A stretch of DNA of 64,000 bases from the human T2T-CHM13v2.0 reference genome, Homo sapiens. Below, in pieces: positions 56,271 to 64,000 of the stretch (position 1 is the first letter of the stretch; every line of letters begins with the position of its first letter). Made by a program: the position numbers and the translations under genes. The notes beneath the pieces were generated by a model. The model saw only the letters and a list, made by a program, of their open reading frames with translations, was not told the origin of the DNA and searched no databases. Location of the stretch: the NCBI RefSeq assembly GCF_009914755.1, contig NC_060927.1, one strand, 5' to 3'.

Positions 56271-58025
56271 CAGGGCCAGCTACATAATTTGTGGGACCTG
56301 TTGCAAAATGAAAATATAGAGCCCCTTTTCAAAAGAGTGCCATTAAAGGTATTAACATATAAAACCATTCCCTTCTTTTGTCTCTCTTTCTTTACTATCA
56401 GGGTGGTATCTCTTATTTGCTGCTAAGTGCCGTGCTCTACCCTGGTGCAGGAAGGTGAGTGCCGACATTCACAGGCACCCAGGGCCCTGCAGGGCCATTG
56501 GGTGCTGCTAAATTAAGAAAAAATATATATAAAATTGTAAAGGAAAGGAGACTTTATTTCCCATAAAGGATTATACCCTGCAAGGTGCCCATCCCTCAGG
56601 CTTCCTTTCTGGCCAAGACCAGGAAGAGGCACTTTGGAAGGAGTGGGGGTGGGGGTAGGACTTTAATGCTTAACCAGTTGGCTAAACCTACATGCCCAGC
56701 AGTTATGGGAAGAGCTATGAATATTCATGAAGGTGGTCCTGACACTTGCATATTGAACAAATAAGCATGTATTTAATAACATATGACCCATGTTCACTTT
56801 GAGGTGGAAACTTTACATTCAAATATATTGCAATTAGGCTCTATATGTCAAGAGATGTTTTTGGGATGCAAAGCCAGGCAAGTACACAACCTCTGTAAAC
56901 CAGCCAGAACTAGTCTATTGTTGGTGGTTTTCTTATCAGGATAAAGTTACTGAAATCAGTCTCTTGTCCAATCAAAGCTGAAGTTATGGCTGGTAGAATA
57001 GGAGGTCAGTTATTTAGTGTCCAGTGCTAAGCTACAATTGTTTTAATATTGCTTATCTCAAGGCCAGTACTTGTTTAGCTGCTAGAGAAAAATAAAAACC
57101 TTGTGGCAGTTAGAACACAGTTTATTTTTCTTTAAGTGCAGGGGTGAGTGACTTAACCCTTGCGTGGAATGGCCTTAGGACCTCTTTATAATTTGATATC
57201 TTATTGCCACAGAGTCTGCTCTGTCAGTCTTAAAATCTCTATTTTGCCATACTTTCAGGTCAGTTGTGTCGAAACCATAAAAGGGAGGGGCATAGAATGA
57301 GGCTTTTCTGACCCCCTGTTCCATCATGGACATGAACTCAATTTTAAGGACTTTCTGGGGTCCCTTTTTCCACAGGGAGTTCTTTCAGTCAGGAAGGGGC
57401 TTAGCATTTTATTTTTAGTTTAGTGCCCACGTGTGTGCAGGAGCACATGGCCACAGGCTGCTGCGATCTCCCTCCTGCTAGCCACTGGCTCAACACTGCT
57501 GTGCCTGGCCAGGGATGGGGACATCAATCTCCCCAACCCTCAGCAGATGGGTGAACACCAACAGATGGCACCCTCCCAGCCAGGACATGCTAATTACTTG
57601 GATAGGGAGTGAGCAAGGGGCTTGCTCCAGCCTGGTTGCTCTCCAAACACACTGTAGTGCTGACAGCCCAGGGCGGAGTTGGCTGCCACCATGACCAGCT
57701 CCAAATGCTATGGAAAGTGCACCTCATCCCAGCCTTCTCTGCATCGGTGTCTAGGCCTCTACCTGGGGCAGCAAGCAGCAGGCCACTGGGCCTGGCAGGA
57801 GAGGGGATTGGGAAAGAGAGATCCAGAAACATCCCACAGGGCGGGACAGTGGCAGAACTGCATGTGCCACACACAGGTACATGCAGTTTCCTCCCTTCTT
57901 CCTTCAGACTTCATTCAAAAAACGAATTCAAAGATTAGATTATTATGAATTTCAAGATGGTGTCTCCAAAGCATTAAACCCCAAGGGTGAGGCTCCTGGT
58001 GAACTGCTTACTCAGCCATGCCTGC
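56271..58025 (-). mobile_element. MER45-family hAT-Tip100 DNA transposon, split by an ERV LTR
   Basis: cagggccagctacataatttgtggg...tgcaaaatgaaaat at the left end and tattatgaatttcaagatgg...agcattaaacc at the right end match MER45 termini. Confidence 0.7.
56506..57422 (-). mobile_element. ERV1 solo LTR (MER4D/MER49-like), ~917 bp
   Basis: Reverse strand begins taaactaaaaataaaatgctaagcccc...; 4-bp TSD GTGC at 56502-05 and 57423-26. Confidence 0.8.
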
Positions 58026-60440
58026 CACCCAGAGAATGGCAACAAACCAAGAGAGCTAAAGTACATATCATCAAGTAAAGAGACTTCTGCCAGTCCTTTC
58101 CCTAATCCTCTCCATCCATTCCCTACTCCAAACTCGGTGGAATGAAGGATGGGGGAGAGGTATGTATTAAAGAGCAGATTCTACCTTATTCCTTATTCCT
58201 ACAACAGTTTCCTCAGTCCAGGGTTGAGGCCTGAATTAGTTGGGGGGTGGGGGTAGGGAAAACACATTAAAATCAGACAAGGCTTTATAAATAACTCATG
58301 ATATCCCAAAAGCTGTGAGATCAGCCTGAGATGTCAGCAAGAGGCAGAGAAAGAATAGCCAGTAGAGCATGTTTGACAGCAATTGGTGAAAAATAAAGCC
58401 ATTTTCTGTCTGTACCTACTACAAGTTCAGGTTATTTCGATAAAACATGGTTCAGCAATATACTAAATGTATAGCCTACATTAACAAATTAGAACTCACC
58501 AGGAACTCCACCAGTACAAGCCATTACATAGAAGGCATAAATGATAATATCATGATAGAATCAAGTAATTCAAATAACTTGAGTAATTTGAAATGGGCTG
58601 ATTAGTTTTGTCAAGATGGTATGTTGTATTGATAACCAACATGCAATTTGGTGACCAACATGCAATTAATTGCTTTTATTGCAGAGAGGCACATTATCTT
58701 TCATACAAATAAGCAATAATCATCTGATTAATATAGACCAGGATAGTATTCCAAATAATCAAATACAGTTTATTCTATTTTCAAATTCAAATCTGCCCTG
58801 AAGATATACGCTATGGGACTTTAAGGACATCATTTTGCAGAGCAACCACATTTTAAACTTCTGTCCTTGTCTTTCTTTTGCCTTATTTTTCTTACCTACT
58901 TCTAATTCACATTATCTTGAGAAATCATATTCAGTTATTAAAGTTCCTTTTCACAAAACATTCTCATTCTCTTCTGTCTACCTGAACTGCATATTTATTT
59001 ACAAGTAATTTAGCTGGTCCCAAGGCTACCTTCCCATTGATTCATGATTTAATTTAGATATGACCTTACCCAAGATACAACCTAATTTGAAATATATATA
59101 TATATTTTTTTGGGGCAGTGTGATTGCTCCAAAAATTTATTTGATGTGTGGGTTTGTGTTTATAACACTTCTTTGAAGTGCAAAATACTTGAAAAACCTG
59201 CCTTAATGTTCTCTGATGAAGTAAAAAAAGTTATGTAAGTGTAAGTACTTTCTTCCTTACTTAGGATCCCTTGTTGAGTTAGCTAGTTTTGGAAATATTG
59301 GAACATATATGTCACTTTTAAAGGACACTGGCTTGTACCTCAAACTTCAGAAAGTCTTATTTCACAATACAAAATGTGTTTCAAAAGACTTGCTAATGAC
59401 ATTATAATTTCACCTATTTTTGATTGTCTAAGGTAAGGAGTGGTCAGCTAGCACCACAATTTTGTAGAAAACCTTTGAAACACTCTTGCAGAAAATAAGT
59501 TTCTATAATCAACTGTACTGATCCTAGAATTGAGAGTAACAGCAAATCCTTCAAATAATCTAACCAATAATAAAATGTAGCTCGGTCTTTCCTACAACAA
59601 ACTAAATATCAATATATTAAAAAGAAAACTGTTATAATTTTTTCTCAGTGACTTTGTGAAATCTCTTTTCTACACTTGGCCCCATCATTGACCAAAAATA
59701 GCGTTATGATTCAGCAGGGGATTGAAAGGAAGGAACAACTGACAATGTTGTTTTGACAATGCTGAACTTCATCTGATCCTGTGTGTTCCTGGAAAGTATC
59801 AAAGGTCTGGAAATCCCCGCCACATTTTGTATTCTGAGAAATGACCACTCCACTCTCACATATTCCAAGATCAGACCCACCTCTATCCTTCCCCAGTGAA
59901 TGTGACTCGCTTGCATACCTGACTCTTTGAAGCCCTTGACCTCCTTCCTTTTCTTTGAGATGTTTATCATTAATAAATGCCCTTTCTATTGCAATAAACT
60001 GAAAAAAAATCATCTTCTTAAATGTCCAGTGCATTTGTTTTTCATGGTTTCTTTAAAAGAGAAAAAAATTATGTTTAAGTTATTTGTTAAATCCAGGAAA
60101 GAAAAAATTTGCAGTTGGAAAAGCAAGACACTATAGTGTGATAGAGTGTTTTAAAGCAGTGTTTACAGAGAAAGACTAGGTGGCTCCATTCCATAAATGA
60201 GGTAGTTGGAATATAACATTGACTGCTATGCCTAAGGCCTTGCCAAGAAATAACAGCAGCACCAGTACAGAATTGATGTTGAAATAGCAGTTTTCATGTC
60301 ACTTCTTTCTCTTGCTTCTTTGAGGGTGTTGTTTATTCTCATTGAAATGTTGATCATAATAAAGGTTACAGAAATAGATATAAATAGACGTAATTCTTTC
60401 TCTCATTCATCTCCATGTTAAAAAAATTGTATGTACAGGG

Positions 60441-60442
<2 letters not shown>

Positions 60443-60473
<31 letters not shown>
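60443..60473. repeat. (GT)15 microsatellite
   Basis: Directly visible. Confidence 0.97.
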
Positions 60474-60474
<1 letters not shown>

Positions 60475-63400
60475 TTTGAACAGGCTTATAAGTGGCACAG
60501 TAAGGAACAATAGACCTTACTCATGAAGATTAACTCACCTGCAAGGATTTAGACAATGTAGTCACAGGCTAGTTATGATTTTGTAGCAACTCATATGCAA
60601 ATATTTGCAATCTCAGTTACTCTCTTACTTAGAAAGATGGCAAAGGCTTGTAGCGGTGATAGCAGTCATGGAAAGAAGCAGGTTTTCAATACATAGGACT
60701 GCTTTAATGTAAGTATTTTAGACAATGCAGAAACTTCCATTATGAAAAGGGAATGCCAGCAGATATATATAAGAAGGCTCTGCTTCATGGGGAAAAATGA
60801 ACTAAAAATTTAAAAGGTTCTTCAGTTACAGTAATCTACACCTCAGAGCTTCTAGGCAGACCCATGAGTGAGTCTGACACGGCAGGTTCTAGTTGCAAAC
60901 AGGGATTCTTCTGAAGGAAATAAGTGCAGAAATTTGAATATGGCTAGACATTTCATTTGTATCAAAAATAATTTTACTTCTAAGTGTTCTTTACATTGTT
61001 AGTTGCAACCCATTTGTAACAGCATACAATAGGAAATGACAATAATGTCCTGCAGGACGAGATGGGTGAAGTAAACTATGGTGCACCCATTCAGTGAACA
61101 GCTCTGCAGCATATGGAAATCAGTTTTCAGGAACAGAGAAGAAAATCTGGCTACAAATAGACACTTTCCCCAACACAATGTAAGTTCAATAAGGGTAGGA
61201 GCCATGTCCATCTTTTGTTACTGTATCCCCAGCAGACAGTCCTTGATATAAGTGCTTAGATTAATAAACACAAGTGTTTACAAAAGTGTTCCATTTGAAA
61301 AAATGTAAATTATGAACAGAAAACCTCTAAGAATGTACATTAAAATGTGAACTGTTTAATTCTGGGTAGATGATTTTTTTTGCCAGTGGATATTTAAAAT
61401 TTTTTAAATAATGAAGCTTTATTTTCTAACCAGAACAGAAACAATAAAACTAAGTTAAAATATATTATTTCATGGGTTTTCCAAAGTAGTTCCTATAAAA
61501 TAGCCCATTTCTATATTTAGGCCGTTTACAGAGCGAGCTGGCTTCTTCTTAATCATAGAAAGCAGCTTATTTTCTGAAATCCTTGCATTTTATCCAGGCT
61601 TATCCCTCAGTGAACAATCATGCACAATCTGTTCAGGATTGTGATGAATAAATGAAGTGAAAATCAAAATGAGGTAACTCTTATATGCTGTCTTCACTCT
61701 CATAATTTTCAGGTAAACTGTGATTTGATTCTTCTTGGAGTAAGAACCAAACAGAAATCTTGTTGCTCCCGAGGAGAAATGAAGCTAATGGAAACAGTCC
61801 TCTCTTCACAGACTTCACAAGCCACCAATCTCAAGAGAAGAAAACTGGCAAAACTCCTAGGAGCTCATTCCAAATACTCTAATAATTCCCTTAAGCAGTA
61901 AACATATTTTCTTTTTCAGTGTTAGATGTACATTATTGAAGAATACAATGCCTGTATTGCTAGCCATTAACAAAAGTTACATTTGATTGGCTAACAAATG
62001 TGCATTTATGCTCCTCCAGAGGAATGCCAAGTGTGGGGGTGTGATAGAGACCCATTCTCCTAGACTAGATTGCCAAATGTATTCAGTGATGCATTTGATT
62101 CAAAACAGGGAAATGAATATGCCCAGGGGAAGCATTCGACATATTGAATGTTATACTTCAAAGTATATGAAAAAAACAGAAAAGCCTGAAGAAGCTGAGT
62201 ATTGGTTGAAGAGAACAGTGTAGATTTATTCTGTTCATTTGTATATTTGTCCCTTTTTAAACATCTGGTTTTGTCAAAATCAGAAATGTAATACAATTGC
62301 AGTGCTAGGCTAAATAATAGCTATAAATTCCTGGCCATCTAGAATATTAATCTGTGCTATATTTTGAAAATATAATCCTACCAAAATACTACTATTAAAT
62401 CAAGCTTAAAACCCATTAAATAAATAGTTTTTTTGAAGTTTATTTATGGTCTATCTACAATGAAATGGAGAAGGGTTTTAATACATTATATTAGCTCAAT
62501 TTTGGAGAGTATCATATACAAATATAATCCTTGGGAAGTTTCAAAAGAATTGGAAAAGTTGTATTAAGAAAATAGAATGAAGTATCCCAGAGTTAGCCTA
62601 CCTGTGAGGGAATTCATAATAGAAAAATAATTTTCCTTTTGATATTTTGTACCCAGGAGGAAGATACTTTTCTAGAACCCTCTGTGATTCAGAACGGAGG
62701 ATCAAAACCAATGTTATTGGTTTAAAAAGCAGAAAATTTTTGTCTCTTCACCTGGTGAAAAAGTAATTCAAATCATTTTGATTTACTTTATGGTGAAATA
62801 AAAGGAATTACACTGAAAGTAATACACCATTTAATTTATTTCTCTTAATTCAATCCCAGCAATCAAAATAGGTATCGGAATATTTCATATTTCCTGCCAA
62901 GGGCTTTTCTTTAAATTGAATCTTGTTCAGAAAATACTCAAAACAAAAGCATGCACACTGCCGATCTGCAAAATGAACACTGATCATAGGAGGTTTTCCT
63001 ACTTAACAAAAATTTATTTAATACCCACTTGACCTGGTTTACTTGGTTCGACCAAAGATATTAAGGATTACTATGGGATAAATACATTTCATTCAGTTTT
63101 TTCACTCAATACAATATCTGGAAGCATCTCCAGTTGTTTATAAATTGAGAGTCCACATCCCTTTGGAGATGTTCTTTTCCTTTCTTTGGTATCCCCCTTT
63201 CAGAATTCACACCAGACAGTGTACATACCTCTGTTTTAACATTCGTCACATGTTTTATAGCTCCAGTTCACTGCTCCTGTTGGCTATGCACTTAGAGAAG
63301 GCAGGAACGCTATTTCATATTCATTTTTTCAGTACATAACACTTAGTGAAGTGCCTGGCACACGTAGGTGGTCAATAAACATTTGTTGAACAAAGTGATT

Positions 63401-63563
63401 AATTAAAAACCTCTAAAAAGCTGTGAAAACAATACATGATCTACAAAATGCGAGATGTTATTATTGATGACTGATGTATTAATTTAACATTAGAATGAGA
63501 AGAATAAGTGGAAGTTTAGCTTCCCCTCTCCACTTATGCTCACAAATACATGAAACAATATTT

Positions 63564-63881
63564 TATATATATATATATATTTTTATTTTATTTATTTTTT
63601 GAGATGATGTCTCGCTCTGTCGCCCAGGCTAGAGTGCAGTGGCTCAATCTCAGCTCACTGCAACCTCTGCCTCCCATGTTAAAGTGATTCTCCTGCCTCA
63701 GCCTCCCAAGTAGCACAGACTACAGGCGTGTGCCACCATGCCCGCTAATTTTTGTACGTTTAGTAGAGACGGGGTTTCACCATGTTGGCCAGGCTGGTCT
63801 TGAACTCCTGACCTCAAATGATCTGCACACCTCGGCCTCCCAAAGTGCTGGGATAACAAGCATGAGCCACGGCACCTGGCC
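63564..63881 (-). mobile_element. Alu (AluS) with (TA)n/T-rich tail
   Basis: Reverse dimer; 13-bp TSD TGAAACAATATTT (63551-63563 and 63882-63894). Confidence 0.97.
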
Positions 63882-64000
63882 TGAAACAATATTTAAATAA
63901 GAATAAATACTTGACTGGAGAAGGAGATTGGAGATCCTTCATAGGATTCTCAGCTGTGTGAGTGTGGATGATACCACCTCTATGTGGATGTTCTTGCCTA

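Noticed and set aside
62800-64000. 3' end of the neighbouring GABRR3 gene, which I recall lies just beyond on the - strand
   Set aside because: No GABA-receptor coding sequence is visible in the window, and minus-strand AATAAA hexamers (62840-35, 63018-13) are not enough to call a UTR.

Overview
This is primate genomic DNA, almost certainly human (recognised from memory as 3q11.2), not microbial. The + strand holds the last five coding exons and 3'UTR of CRYBG3 (final beta/gamma-crystallin Greek-key motifs plus a ricin-B lectin domain, stop at 21050-21052). The - strand holds the complete RIOX2 (MINA/MINA53/mdig, JmjC ribosomal oxygenase) gene: a CpG-island promoter with two CACGTG E-boxes, a non-coding exon 1, and nine coding exons that join at canonical GT-AG sites into a 1398-nt ORF (465 aa). 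The two genes converge tail-to-tail and their 3'UTRs probably overlap. Most of the rest is interspersed repeat (L1, L2, MIR, Alu, MaLR/ERV LTRs, Tigger and hAT elements); subfamily names are by eye and provisional. I found no evidence of a new multi-gene system. Points most worth checking: (1) a compact back-to-back poly(A) site that both genes could share; (2) a 101-nt stop-containing cassette exon in RIOX2 intron 5; (3) a near-perfect ~33-bp fold-back hairpin inside a MIR in a CRYBG3 intron; (4) a NAGNAG acceptor; (5) inverted Alus around in-frame JmjC exons; (6) two codons (RIOX2 Thr386, CRYBG3 His2874) that differ from the canonical proteins as I recall them.
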